Source: a virus
Strand: one strand, 5' to 3'
DNA: 64,000 nucleotides
Virus record (IMG/VR): IMGVR_UViG_3300045988_054045
Shown here: one piece after another, positions 50,321-60,128 of the stretch
How the letters are laid out: each line of letters begins with the position of its first letter
Numbering within the stretch: the first letter of the stretch is position 1
Notes under the pieces: generated by a model
The model's database searches: none
Seen by the model: only the letters and a program-made list of their open reading frames with translations
Told to the model about the DNA's origin: nothing
Program-made: the position numbers and the translations under genes

Positions 50321-53300
50321 TTACCATGTTTTAGGAGCGTATATCATTTTAAACACAAATACTGTTCTTGGTCTCCAGTCTTTAGATTGACCACTACCAG
50401 AATAACCAGTTCTCCAGTTACCTCCTTGTCCAGCTGAGCTTGTACCGTTTGTAGACCAGTTTTGATTGCCATCTGGACCAAATACGTCACGGTCATTAGC
50501 ATTATCTGACCTATAGTGTCCAAACCAGTGAGCGTGTTTAGGCATTTCAAGACCGCTAATGGTTTTACTATTAGCACCAGCTGTTCCACCAACTCTATTT
50601 GTTTCTATCTCACCAGCACCAGCCATATACGCACCATTACTATATCCACTCATGTTACCAGAACACAACACAAAGTCAGATAGGTCTACTGTGTACTGGT
50701 TGCTATAGGTTGCATAATAGGTTACACTTGACTTACCCCTACCACTTGAATCAAATAAAAGATTCTTAAACGTAGTATAGTCTGTACTGGTAGCATATGA
50801 ATTACCTACTCTATACACATAGAAATCAATGACCTCTCCAGGCACTCTTGTCTTTTTAAGGAGAGTCTTGTCTACTGGATTTATATTCCCAGATGTATAC
50901 ACCTTTACCCAAGAAGACCAAGAACTGGTTCCGTGCCTCATCCACATATTACCATTGTCAGTAAACGCTAAATTATGGGCGTGTCCACCTGATGAATCTC
51001 CCCAAGGATATACATATATTGAAGAGTGGTATGTTCCACCATCACTAAGACCGTCGGTCGTATTTTGTTTAAGGTGTGTTGCTGACCATCCTTTAGTGTT
51101 AAATCCAGATTGGTATGGAGTATAGTTAGTACTTCTTGTATCCTGATATGGTAGATAGGTCGCAGTAGTTGCACTTCCAGCCGAACTAGCATACCCAACA
51201 GTTAAAGTTTTAGTGGTTCCACCTATAGAGATTGAGATATTATTTCCAGAATTAGATAATCCAGTGAACAGTCCGTTAGCATGATACCCATCAAGCTTAT
51301 CTGCATTAGTAGATGACGCAACGTTGCCTCCCGTAATATTAGCTACTGTAGTATCATAATCAATGTACCTTTTTATACTCGTACTTACTGTTCCAGCAGT
51401 ATCACTCGTTGTCATTTGAGCTAAATAAATAGCATTTGAGTCACTATAAGTTGGTAAGAACAGAAGAGCTTGTTGTTGCCAAGAACCAGTTAAGTTTCCG
51501 TTTCTATAAGAGAATATTGAGTATCTCATTCTATCTATAGTGTAGCTTCCATTTAACTTTATGTATGCCGAACTAGCCCAAGCCCATCCATCCACTGAGA
51601 ACATACTACCAGCAGTTCTAGTTCCAGATTCACTCTTAGTGTAAGCATCTACATTAACAGTTGTATTTGTAGTTACATTTATTCCATATCTCCTAGTAAA
51701 TGAGGTAGCGTGGTAACCGTCTAATGTATCAGAATTAGTAGCATAGGGTACTGTAATATTATTAGCTGTCCCATTTTTAGTCCAAGTTAAATAGTTGCCA
51801 TTAGTTCCCAAAGCCGTTACATATAGTGAATTATGATTATGTGTACTTAATGAAATAGGCACATCATCCACAGCAAACTGACCATCACTTCTCATACCAA
51901 ATCTCTTAGCATATCTATTACCCCAATGGAACGATATAGCTGGAGAATAACTCCAAGCGGATTGATTATTTGTAACATTACCATATTCCCTAATCTGTAT
52001 AGCACCACCATACTGGGAATCTGTACTCCATGAACTCCACGACATCTGAGCACTTTTAGAACCACCTACTTGTGAGTTGATTTCATCCTTAAATGGAAGA
52101 ATTCTATTGTAACTAGAACCGCCATAAAAATTACCAGCAGAGTAAACATTTTTATTAAACCAGTGTCCAGAACTAGCGTTAGTATTATAGTGCGTATATG
52201 AACCATTTTCACTACCTATTGATGATGCTACTCCATTCATAGACCAGTTCAACTTACCTGTCATAGTATCTCCTGATTTACTTACCTTTGTTCCAGGGTC
52301 AAAGTTTCCTGAGTTCCATATTGTATATACACTACCCCATGTTCCATTAGAGCATGATTTCATATATAGATTACCACCATTGCCATAATCATGATAAATT
52401 TTGGTTTTATACCCAGTTGCATCTGAATGGCTTAATGTCACACCATATGCACCTAGGTTGTTATCTCTCCAAAATTGTGCTCTACTAATATTATCAGAGG
52501 TACCCGTAGATTCTTGTACTCCAAGAGAACCAGACGCATAGACAAAGTTAGACAATGCCTTATGACCCCCTCCACCTAGTAACACATAGGAATCACTACT
52601 TCCACTCTTTATGAAAGCTGGTGCTGTAACTCCTCCAGCCTTTATAGACATCCATTGGGTAGTAGTAGAGCCATTCTTCCCAGAGAACTTAAAGTATTCG
52701 TTACCATTATCTCCAGTTTCAAATCCAAGGTAAGAATCAGCGTCTGCATCCCCAGTGTTTTTAAAGTGGATTTTAGCATAGTCTGTGTTTCTAGACCACT
52801 GTACAACAGAATCGGTAGATATTGTAATACTTCCAGTCATTGTACCTCCAGCAAGAGGTAAAAATTTACCATTAGACCATGTAGTAGTAGCTAATTGTTG
52901 CCAAGCCTCCCAAGCTGTACCAGTTCCAAATCTAACCCATAAATTAGAATTGTCTGTAAACCCTAACTGTGCTGACTTACCACCAGTCCAGTCAGTAGTG
53001 CTACCATATTTCCTAACAGTTAATAGTCCTGTATAACTACCCCCATCAGTTAGATTAGCTTTAGCATTTGCTTTAAAATCTAACCACACGCCTGCCCCGT
53101 GTTCCTGAGGAGTGGAAGCAACATCTCTACTGTCAATATGGTTAATCGTATTATGAGAGTGTTCAGTCCTTAAACCTACTAAGTTTCTAGCATCCCATAT
53201 TTTATAATCAGTTCCATTATACCTATGCTGTAAATCGGCTTCACCGCTTCTGATATAAGTAGTTCCAGCTTGCTGTCCTAAATATGTCCAATCAGTGCCA

Positions 53301-55096
53301 GAATACATTGTAAGTCCATTACCCCCTGTAGTCTGAATTTCAGTTACTTTTAGAGTACCAGTCATTGTATCACCAGCTCTGTTTACTGCATTAGCAAATG
53401 CTCTAATGTTATCCCCATTAAATACATATGCTTTAGAACTATCACTGTTCTTAGCACCCCATATATGAGTTGGAGTTGCATTACCTGCCTCCCAATTCAT
53501 AGTTAGACCAGATGCTATCGAATATCTTACATAATTAGTAAGAACATTAGGGTCATTACCTCTAATTACATAAGTAGCATCTAGATATGTGCGGAAATTA
53601 GCCTTATCAATTACTGGAGTCCAATCACTTACTACTCCAGCAACATTTCTTCTATGCCATAATCCAGCTGTACCTGTCATAGCTTGTGCTAGTTCAGTGT
53701 AATAACCAGATGAATTATTATGTAGTATTTTAATTCTATTAGACCAAGAACCTGTTGCAGGACCATTATTCGAGTCTTGGAGTATTCCACCATAACTCCC
53801 ATAAGTAGCATCTAACAATCCAGATGGATTTAAGTCTACTTTTAATGCGGGACCTCCAGGTGTTGTAGCTCCTGCATAATTATGAGTATGGTCTCCAGTA
53901 GAAACTACCTTACCATCACTGTACAGCTTATTGTCCGCACCTATATATACTTTAGAATTAGTATAGGTCTGCGGATTATCAGTCTGAGTTAATGAACCTG
54001 TTAAGAATAGTTTAGTAGCTAATTTTTCAGTAGCTCCAGCTGTATTTCTAGTATCTTGAGTAGTTACTGTTATTTCATCACCACTCTTGGTAAATGTAAC
54101 ATTGGTTCCAGCTTTGAATGATTTATTAGGAGAAGTAGTTGGCTTATAAGTATCTACAACAGTGTCTCCTTGTTTAAAGATTAAATTATAGAAATCATAA
54201 GTTGTATCCTTACTACTAATAGTTACTTTTTTATTAGTTGCATCAGGAATTAATGTTACGTTAGTACCTTGAACTAGAGTAAATGAATTATTAGCTGCAT
54301 TAGGGTCAAATGTAGTTACCTTAGTAACAGCATCTCCAACTTGAGTCTGTAAATCTAAATTATAGATGGCTTGATGTTCAGTCAGTACTTTCTTACCCAA
54401 ACTATATAAGCAGTTATCAGTTCCAATATATACATACTGATTACTATAAGTCTGTGGTGATGTAGTCTGAGATTCTGCACCAATAAGAAATAACTTCTTA
54501 TCAATAAGGTTAGTAGCTCCAGCTGTGTTTACTGTATCGCTTCCTGGGTCAGCAGCAATAGTAACATTACCCTGACTATCTCCTGTAATAAATACATTAT
54601 CACCCTGAATAATATTCAATAGTCTAGCAGCAGAACCATCAAATGAATGCATATCCTTTCCATTATATTGGAATCTCATAGCATTAACTACTTTCTCAGC
54701 AGCTACGGCAGTTGCATCAGCAGGTAGATAATCTACATTACTAAACGCATTCTTACCTAAAGTCTTTAAAGTCCACTTATTAGCTACACCAGTAGATAAG
54801 ATAGCTTGGTCAGCTGTTGTTCCACTACCAGTTAAAGTAGTATAAGATTGAACGTGTCCATCTAATGCTAATATCTTTGTTGTTCCTCCTATGGTTAAAC
54901 TAACTTTGTTACTGTCTGCATTTGAGAAGAATCCTCCATATAGTTTACCATGAGTCCACACTTCACCAGTGTCTTGTATATAGACAATGGCTGACCAGTA
55001 TATATCTCCACTGGTATCTGCTGCACTTGTAGGTAACTTCCATGTATTAAACACACTCTTACTAGCACAGTCAATGTATTTTGTTTTAATTAGCAT
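50321..55096 (-). CDS. Long tail fibre (1591 aa) with internal repeats and MdpB/tail-collar-like C-terminal segment
   Basis: Three GDTMTG-type motifs (AGDTMTGTL, SGDTMTGKL, AGGTMTGSI). Duplicated module GAT..L..KLFL.G...QT..PQTY.N..VYIG.DN.LYS. C-terminal KTISGLEMPKHAHWF. Confidence 0.65.
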   Translation of the reverse strand: MLIKTKYIDCASKSVFNTWKLPTSAADTSGDIYWSAIVYIQDTGEVWTHGKLYGGFFSNADSNKVSLTIGGTTKILALDGHVQSYTTLTGSGTTADQAILSTGVANKWTLKTLGKNAFSNVDYLPADATAVAAEKVVNAMRFQYNGKDMHSFDGSAARLLNIIQGDNVFITGDSQGNVTIAADPGSDTVNTAGATNLIDKKLFLIGAESQTTSPQTYSNQYVYIGTDNCLYSLGKKVLTEHQAIYNLDLQTQVGDAVTKVTTFDPNAANNSFTLVQGTNVTLIPDATNKKVTISSKDTTYDFYNLIFKQGDTVVDTYKPTTSPNKSFKAGTNVTFTKSGDEITVTTQDTRNTAGATEKLATKLFLTGSLTQTDNPQTYTNSKVYIGADNKLYSDGKVVSTGDHTHNYAGATTPGGPALKVDLNPSGLLDATYGSYGGILQDSNNGPATGSWSNRIKILHNNSSGYYTELAQAMTGTAGLWHRRNVAGVVSDWTPVIDKANFRTYLDATYVIRGNDPNVLTNYVRYSIASGLTMNWEAGNATPTHIWGAKNSDSSKAYVFNGDNIRAFANAVNRAGDTMTGTLKVTEIQTTGGNGLTMYSGTDWTYLGQQAGTTYIRSGEADLQHRYNGTDYKIWDARNLVGLRTEHSHNTINHIDSRDVASTPQEHGAGVWLDFKANAKANLTDGGSYTGLLTVRKYGSTTDWTGGKSAQLGFTDNSNLWVRFGTGTAWEAWQQLATTTWSNGKFLPLAGGTMTGSITISTDSVVQWSRNTDYAKIHFKNTGDADADSYLGFETGDNGNEYFKFSGKNGSTTTQWMSIKAGGVTAPAFIKSGSSDSYVLLGGGGHKALSNFVYASGSLGVQESTGTSDNISRAQFWRDNNLGAYGVTLSHSDATGYKTKIYHDYGNGGNLYMKSCSNGTWGSVYTIWNSGNFDPGTKVSKSGDTMTGKLNWSMNGVASSIGSENGSYTHYNTNASSGHWFNKNVYSAGNFYGGSSYNRILPFKDEINSQVGGSKSAQMSWSSWSTDSQYGGAIQIREYGNVTNNQSAWSYSPAISFHWGNRYAKRFGMRSDGQFAVDDVPISLSTHNHNSLYVTALGTNGNYLTWTKNGTANNITVPYATNSDTLDGYHATSFTRRYGINVTTNTTVNVDAYTKSESGTRTAGSMFSVDGWAWASSAYIKLNGSYTIDRMRYSIFSYRNGNLTGSWQQQALLFLPTYSDSNAIYLAQMTTSDTAGTVSTSIKRYIDYDTTVANITGGNVASSTNADKLDGYHANGLFTGLSNSGNNISISIGGTTKTLTVGYASSAGSATTATYLPYQDTRSTNYTPYQSGFNTKGWSATHLKQNTTDGLSDGGTYHSSIYVYPWGDSSGGHAHNLAFTDNGNMWMRHGTSSWSSWVKVYTSGNINPVDKTLLKKTRVPGEVIDFYVYRVGNSYATSTDYTTFKNLLFDSSGRGKSSVTYYATYSNQYTVDLSDFVLCSGNMSGYSNGAYMAGAGEIETNRVGGTAGANSKTISGLEMPKHAHWFGHYRSDNANDRDVFGPDGNQNWSTNGTSSAGQGGNWRTGYSGSGQSKDWRPRTVFVFKMIYAPKTW

Positions 55097-55108
55097 ATTG
55101 TGTAATCA

Positions 55109-55116
55109 CAAAGTTA
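55109..55116 (-). promoter_or_regulatory. Possible -7 promoter box TAACTTTG (no clear -33 partner)
   Basis: Matches TAnnTTTG, 12 nt upstream of the ATG at 55096 and immediately after the terminator U-tract. No TTTG at the expected -33 spacing. Confidence 0.3.
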
Positions 55117-55142
55117 ATAAAAAGGAGGAACTAAGTCCTCCT
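55116..55142 (-). terminator. Rho-independent terminator after the 571-aa fibre gene
   Basis: - strand RNA: AGGAGGA / UCCUCCU (7 bp perfect), loop CUUAGU, then UUUUUAUU. Confidence 0.6.
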
Positions 55143-55145
55143 GAA

Positions 55146-56861
55146 TTATCTTGAATATGTTATATTTCCACTTGAGTCTACAGATGCCCATCCAGTTACT
55201 AATTCTCCTTCTATCCACAAGAAATCACTTGAGAATATTAAGTCAGCATTCTCCCCAATACTTTGAGGTAATAGGGAACTAGGTGTATAAGCTAATACAT
55301 CACGCCAACTATTGTCAGATATTGAAGTGAAGGTTAATGTATTGGTTGCATTATCCCAACTCAATCTCATGTTACCTGCTGCACCAAAAGTCAAATCTCC
55401 AGAATCTGTAGAGTTACTTAAGATTTGGGATGCTGCCTGTCCAGAGTTCTGATAATTAATAGCACGCCATGTTTGAGATACTGGAGTAATCCATGATGGA
55501 ATACCACTATTATTAATAGTAAGTACTTGTCCTACATTACCATTGGTTAAACCAGTAATTAATTTACCAGTAGTACTATCAAATACAGCTACTTGTCCGA
55601 CTACTGACCTTGAAGGTCCACTTACTACACCTGTAGTATTAGTTTGTACAAATGTCCACTTGTTCTTTACTTGTGACCAAGTAGAGGAAGTAGCAGCTGG
55701 AGTGCTTTCCTTACATATTAGTAAATCTCCAATTTCTACTGGCTCTCCATTAATGTAACCAACACTATCAGTGTATGTACCTGTTCCAAATGTTACTACA
55801 TAAGTATTGCCAACATCAGCTGAAGGGGTAAACGTACCTGGACTTGTTGTTCCTGCCTCAACTGCACCTTTATAAAGCATGGCATTGTTTGAGCCAAGAA
55901 TACTGTCTGCATAATCCTTAGCTGTTTGAATTGCATTCCAAACCATTAAAGGAGAAGCAGCAATAGCGGCAACTATATTGGTATCATTAATGTTCTCATT
56001 ATCACTAGAAGGGTCGGGTCTAGTATTTAAAATATCTTGAAGCTTCACATGACCATATAACTTAGTAGATGCACCACCATATTCAGGCTTTAAAGATAAG
56101 TGAATCTTTGGGGTAGCCTGACCTTGTACATCACCCTTTAGATTACCAATAATGTAACCATCTAATACTGATAAGTCTCCATGATTTACATTAATTGGTC
56201 CGTTAGAGTTCATACCTCCAGCTATGGTCATCTTCTGTGTAGCATCATTAAATGTTAAACCATTAGCCTTTCTCACCTGAGAGGTATCCATATTATTACT
56301 AGCCTCATTGTAAGATAGTAATATATTTCTTTCTCCCATTAGATTAGATGGAGCTAATTGTTCTACATAATCTCTGATTTCTATGTTATGGTTTTCTGCT
56401 AGTGTAATATGTCCAGTAGCATCTACTATAATATTAGGAACTACAAAGATACTTGCATTTCCTAGATTAGTAGATTGACCATAAGAACCTGGAACTACAC
56501 CACTAGTCTTGTGTAACAGTTTTCTATTAGCTGCATCCCACTCCAATGGTGGTTCAGTATCTACCCTATTAAGAGCATTACTACTAATAATAATTCTGTT
56601 ACCATCACCCTTTCTAACACTAATACTCTCTCCAGCAGTAGACATTAGGAAGAATGAATTACCAATCTGTACCTTTACTGAACCACTGACCTCTGATATT
56701 TCAATACTAGGATATCCAATACTAAAATATGTTCCACAAGTCCACATTTCCCTTGTATCTTCTATAAACACAATCGGATTTAATCCTTTAGGAATAGTGT
56801 CAATTAATGGTTCAAATACTTCCTTCCTCTTAATATAGGCGAACTTACTATCTATAACCAT
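55146..56861 (-). CDS. Tail fibre protein (571 aa), N-terminal paralogue of the 1591-aa fibre
   Basis: N-terminus is colinear with ORF 50321-55096 (KEVF/KSVF; IVFIEDTREMWTCGTYF vs IVYIQDTGEVWTHGKLY). Also has a YKGAVEAGTTSPGTFTPSADVGNTYVV fibre-type motif. Confidence 0.6.
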   Translation of the reverse strand: MVIDSKFAYIKRKEVFEPLIDTIPKGLNPIVFIEDTREMWTCGTYFSIGYPSIEISEVSGSVKVQIGNSFFLMSTAGESISVRKGDGNRIIISSNALNRVDTEPPLEWDAANRKLLHKTSGVVPGSYGQSTNLGNASIFVVPNIIVDATGHITLAENHNIEIRDYVEQLAPSNLMGERNILLSYNEASNNMDTSQVRKANGLTFNDATQKMTIAGGMNSNGPINVNHGDLSVLDGYIIGNLKGDVQGQATPKIHLSLKPEYGGASTKLYGHVKLQDILNTRPDPSSDNENINDTNIVAAIAASPLMVWNAIQTAKDYADSILGSNNAMLYKGAVEAGTTSPGTFTPSADVGNTYVVTFGTGTYTDSVGYINGEPVEIGDLLICKESTPAATSSTWSQVKNKWTFVQTNTTGVVSGPSRSVVGQVAVFDSTTGKLITGLTNGNVGQVLTINNSGIPSWITPVSQTWRAINYQNSGQAASQILSNSTDSGDLTFGAAGNMRLSWDNATNTLTFTSISDNSWRDVLAYTPSSLLPQSIGENADLIFSSDFLWIEGELVTGWASVDSSGNITYSR

Positions 56862-57247
56862 TATTCAATTATTTTAGTACTTAGTAAGTTGTCTAATCTT
56901 AAAGCTGTTTGTGCCAGCGTTTCAGTAGGAATCACATAGTTACCAGTTGCATTTACAAGTATGTCAGTACCATCTAAAACTGGATTGGTTTTAATGGGCT
57001 TCTTATTAACGGTCTTGTTTCCAATCTCGTCAATCTTATCCTGCATATTATCCAACATCTCCTGGATTTTGTCTAATATGTCAACGATTTCCTTATTATC
57101 AAGGAATACAACCCATTTCTCACCATCATATAACAGCATCTTACTGTTATCCTTAATCCAGATATGGTAAATAGTTGGAGGAGTCATATCGCCCCTCCAG
57201 AAATTTACCTGCTTATTATTTACCATTGCATCTGCCATGTTATTCAA
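56861..57247 (-). CDS. Hypothetical small fibre-associated protein
   Basis: 128 aa with an IWIKDNSKMLLYDGEKWV segment followed by a coiled-coil. Overlapping start and stop codons. Confidence 0.45.
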   Translation of the reverse strand: MNNMADAMVNNKQVNFWRGDMTPPTIYHIWIKDNSKMLLYDGEKWVVFLDNKEIVDILDKIQEMLDNMQDKIDEIGNKTVNKKPIKTNPVLDGTDILVNATGNYVIPTETLAQTALRLDNLLSTKIIE

Positions 57248-60125
57248 GTATTATAGAAGCATTAGTAGTAATATTATTAACTATCTCTTCTAATGCTGTA
57301 AGTTTGTCCATTAGTATTTTTCCTTGAGCTGCTGATAGACTTATCTTGGTATCATCTGTAACTAGGTTATTCACTACTATCGGAAGTATCCTCTTTGTAC
57401 AAGTAAACTTAAAAGCCTCCTCTTCACTTTCATTATACTCTAAATTGGTAACTATCTCTAAATCTTCATAACTGTTTAGATGATACATGGTAGTTACACT
57501 TATACTCCTAACTGAATTTATGTCAGTTTGGCTAGTCCCAACTTTATTGTATGCTACAACATAATTATCAATAGAGTACTCCACTACAGAGGTATAGGAT
57601 GAGAATAGTAATTCCATAAATTCGATAGCTTCATCTCTCACATCAAAAGGTACCTCAGAGTTTAAAATATCATTATAAATTACTGATTGGGCTGAATTTA
57701 AATCAGTTCTAATAGAGTCAACCTCTGACTTAATAGTGGTATCGTTGTAGTTCTCTAGACTGTCAACTTTATCCTTATATTGGGTGGTAAAGTCGTTAGT
57801 AGAAAGTCCTTTACCTTCTTCCTTTATTACAAATTTACTAACATCAGGAATCTCAGTCTTTAAAGCATAACCACTTAAATCAACTCCAGGTATAGCAGTA
57901 ATTTGTTGCTGAACCCAAGTTTCAGTAGCTAAACCTTCAATACTTGGGATAACGGGTGTATTAATAAGGTCATTATAATCCTTAGAGAACAGTTCTGATT
58001 TGTCTGCCTTACTATTCAAAGTATTCTTTACACTACTTATCTCAGTGTTAATACCTCCTATGGTAGTATTCTGAGCTAATATAGCATCACTCAATTTCTT
58101 GAATGTATTGTAAGATGGGTCAGCACCTTCTAAGATTATGTTAAACCTTCCATCAGTATATTCCTTAGCACTAAGTAAAGCATCGGCAGCCGCACCTGCA
58201 GATTCAGCACCAAGTTCTTCTAATGTATATGTAGGTTTAGTAGGTTGTTTAGCCCATGAAGGAACAGTAGGGTCTGTTTCTGTAAACTCTGTCAGGTAAC
58301 CTTTATCCTCTAATTCCTGTTCAGTAACTAGGTTCTCTGGCAATGAATTTAGATAACCACTATCATTTTCTAATTGAGAAACTCTAGTAGGTATTTCAGT
58401 CTTATCAGCCTTACCACTAATATCTGGAATATCAGTTTTATTAGCTTTCTTCTCAACTTCTGAGCCTAAGTTTGTTATGAGTTGCCTAACAGCAGAATCA
58501 TTGTAGTTAGTCAGCCCAGCTAATTTAGCCTTTTCCTCTATACTAAAATTCTGCTCTGATAAACCCATACCAGCCTGTTTATCAACCTTATTATTCCAAT
58601 TATCAATGTCCTGCTGATTTATGTTCTTGGCAGCACTGGCTGCAAACTGAGGTTCTAATTCTTGGGTTAAGTAACCTTTAGCCTCTAACTCTTCATCAGT
58701 AACATACTCTTCTGGAACTTCTGATAAGTATTCAGAATCATTCTCCAACTGAGAAACTTTGGTAGGTATCTCACTCCTATCAGCTTTATTAGAAACGTCT
58801 GGAATCCTATCATCTACTTCCTTCTTAGTATAGTAGTTGTTGAGTTGAATATCACCACCCTCAATAGCTGCAAGTTTATCGTCTACTTCCTCTTTAGTAT
58901 ATACAGTATGTTTGTCAGCTTTTGCAGCTAATAGCTCTCGTATAGTTGTTGTATCAATACTCTCTGGATTATATCCACTCTGGTCAAGTATTTCTACAGT
59001 TGTCTCTCCCAATCCAGGTTGGGCACTCTTAAATATATAATATAGGTTGCTAAATATTTCTTGAGTTCCAAGTAATTTAAAACCACCTATAATGCTACTA
59101 ACTCCTAGAACTGTATTAGCTCCGTTAGGAATCATAACATATATATATTCATTAGCTCCCGCATTTACTGTATAAACATTATCAATAGTTCTATCTAACT
59201 TAGTATAGTCTGGAGAAGTTCCAAAGTAATTTGGATATTTAATGTCAAATGTAACAACTCTTGTAGCACTAATATCCTCATACTTATACTTTAGAGTAAT
59301 TACCATAGATGTAGTCCTGTTAGTAAAAGTATACTCTCTTACATCAGGACTTAGTACAACATCATTGATAGACTGTTCTACAACATCCTTATAATATTCC
59401 CAAGTAACGGTTACATCCGTAGGTTCGTCTCCATAACACATATACTCTGGGTCTAGAGATATAGCCTTGACGTTATCATCAATAGATGCAGCTGCAATTT
59501 TAGCATTAACCCATTCAGTAGATGCAATTCTATTAGAATTATCTGTCATCAGGGGTAATGTAGTAGTTGGAGTTCCAGCAAAGTTAGGAGAGAATATGTC
59601 AGCTTTGTTTTTAAATCTAATTTCTATCTCGCAAGCCCATTGAGCGAGTTTAAGATTAATCTCATCAATAACCTTATTAATGTCGAAGGCTATTGAATCA
59701 GTTACAAAGGTATATAAATCTTTTTGATTAGACAAGTTACCTTTGATGTTTCCCCACTTTAGAGCATATTCATCTGCTATACCGAGGTTAATTCTGGCTA
59801 TTGTTCTTTGGTATTCATCAGTTAATTCTGAGAATAAATTCTCCTTCTGAAATCCATCGTCTCCACCAGTACACCCATAATATTTAGAAGTATCACAATC
59901 ATCCTTGATACAGATGTGTTCTACTCCTTCCTCTTCTATTTTTACCCCATCTATCTTCTCTATAGTAATAACACCATAGTCAGCACAGATTCCTTCAACT
60001 TCTTCTTTTTCTATAACTCCATCTATTATCTTGGTGTCTGGCTTTATATTGGAGATAGAATGTGGGTAATCAGGTAAAATGGGAGCCTCTTGTTCTTGTT
60101 CGTCAAGACGTATAAACTCTGCCAT
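57240..60125 (-). CDS. Tail fibre protein (961 aa) with duplicated KAD..EIPT.VSQLENDS.YL modules
   Basis: Two copies of a roughly 45-aa module (nt about 58285-58435 and 58665-58805) plus related KADK heptad-like segments. Confidence 0.6.
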   Translation of the reverse strand: MAEFIRLDEQEQEAPILPDYPHSISNIKPDTKIIDGVIEKEEVEGICADYGVITIEKIDGVKIEEEGVEHICIKDDCDTSKYYGCTGGDDGFQKENLFSELTDEYQRTIARINLGIADEYALKWGNIKGNLSNQKDLYTFVTDSIAFDINKVIDEINLKLAQWACEIEIRFKNKADIFSPNFAGTPTTTLPLMTDNSNRIASTEWVNAKIAAASIDDNVKAISLDPEYMCYGDEPTDVTVTWEYYKDVVEQSINDVVLSPDVREYTFTNRTTSMVITLKYKYEDISATRVVTFDIKYPNYFGTSPDYTKLDRTIDNVYTVNAGANEYIYVMIPNGANTVLGVSSIIGGFKLLGTQEIFSNLYYIFKSAQPGLGETTVEILDQSGYNPESIDTTTIRELLAAKADKHTVYTKEEVDDKLAAIEGGDIQLNNYYTKKEVDDRIPDVSNKADRSEIPTKVSQLENDSEYLSEVPEEYVTDEELEAKGYLTQELEPQFAASAAKNINQQDIDNWNNKVDKQAGMGLSEQNFSIEEKAKLAGLTNYNDSAVRQLITNLGSEVEKKANKTDIPDISGKADKTEIPTRVSQLENDSGYLNSLPENLVTEQELEDKGYLTEFTETDPTVPSWAKQPTKPTYTLEELGAESAGAAADALLSAKEYTDGRFNIILEGADPSYNTFKKLSDAILAQNTTIGGINTEISSVKNTLNSKADKSELFSKDYNDLINTPVIPSIEGLATETWVQQQITAIPGVDLSGYALKTEIPDVSKFVIKEEGKGLSTNDFTTQYKDKVDSLENYNDTTIKSEVDSIRTDLNSAQSVIYNDILNSEVPFDVRDEAIEFMELLFSSYTSVVEYSIDNYVVAYNKVGTSQTDINSVRSISVTTMYHLNSYEDLEIVTNLEYNESEEEAFKFTCTKRILPIVVNNLVTDDTKISLSAAQGKILMDKLTALEEIVNNITTNASIILE

Positions 60126-60128
60126 ATT

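Noticed and set aside
50321-50700. C-terminus of the 1591-aa fibre as the DGR target/VR (shares CCAGCACCA with the TR on the + strand)
   Set aside because: Beyond a 9-mer, the alignment needs substitutions at non-adenine TR positions. The peptide looks like an MdpB/tail-collar-type segment, not a CLec VR.
1047-56838. Numerous 60-134-aa ORFs antisense to or nested in the large genes (e.g. 1047-1451, 9687-10028, 28364-28693, 35920-36186, 37667-37984, 38360-38743, 44402-44713, 56509-56838)
   Set aside because: All lie inside much longer ORFs on the opposite strand or in another frame. They have low-complexity Leu/Ser/Ile-rich translations typical of AT-rich antisense frames, and there are no free intergenic gaps or signals to support them.
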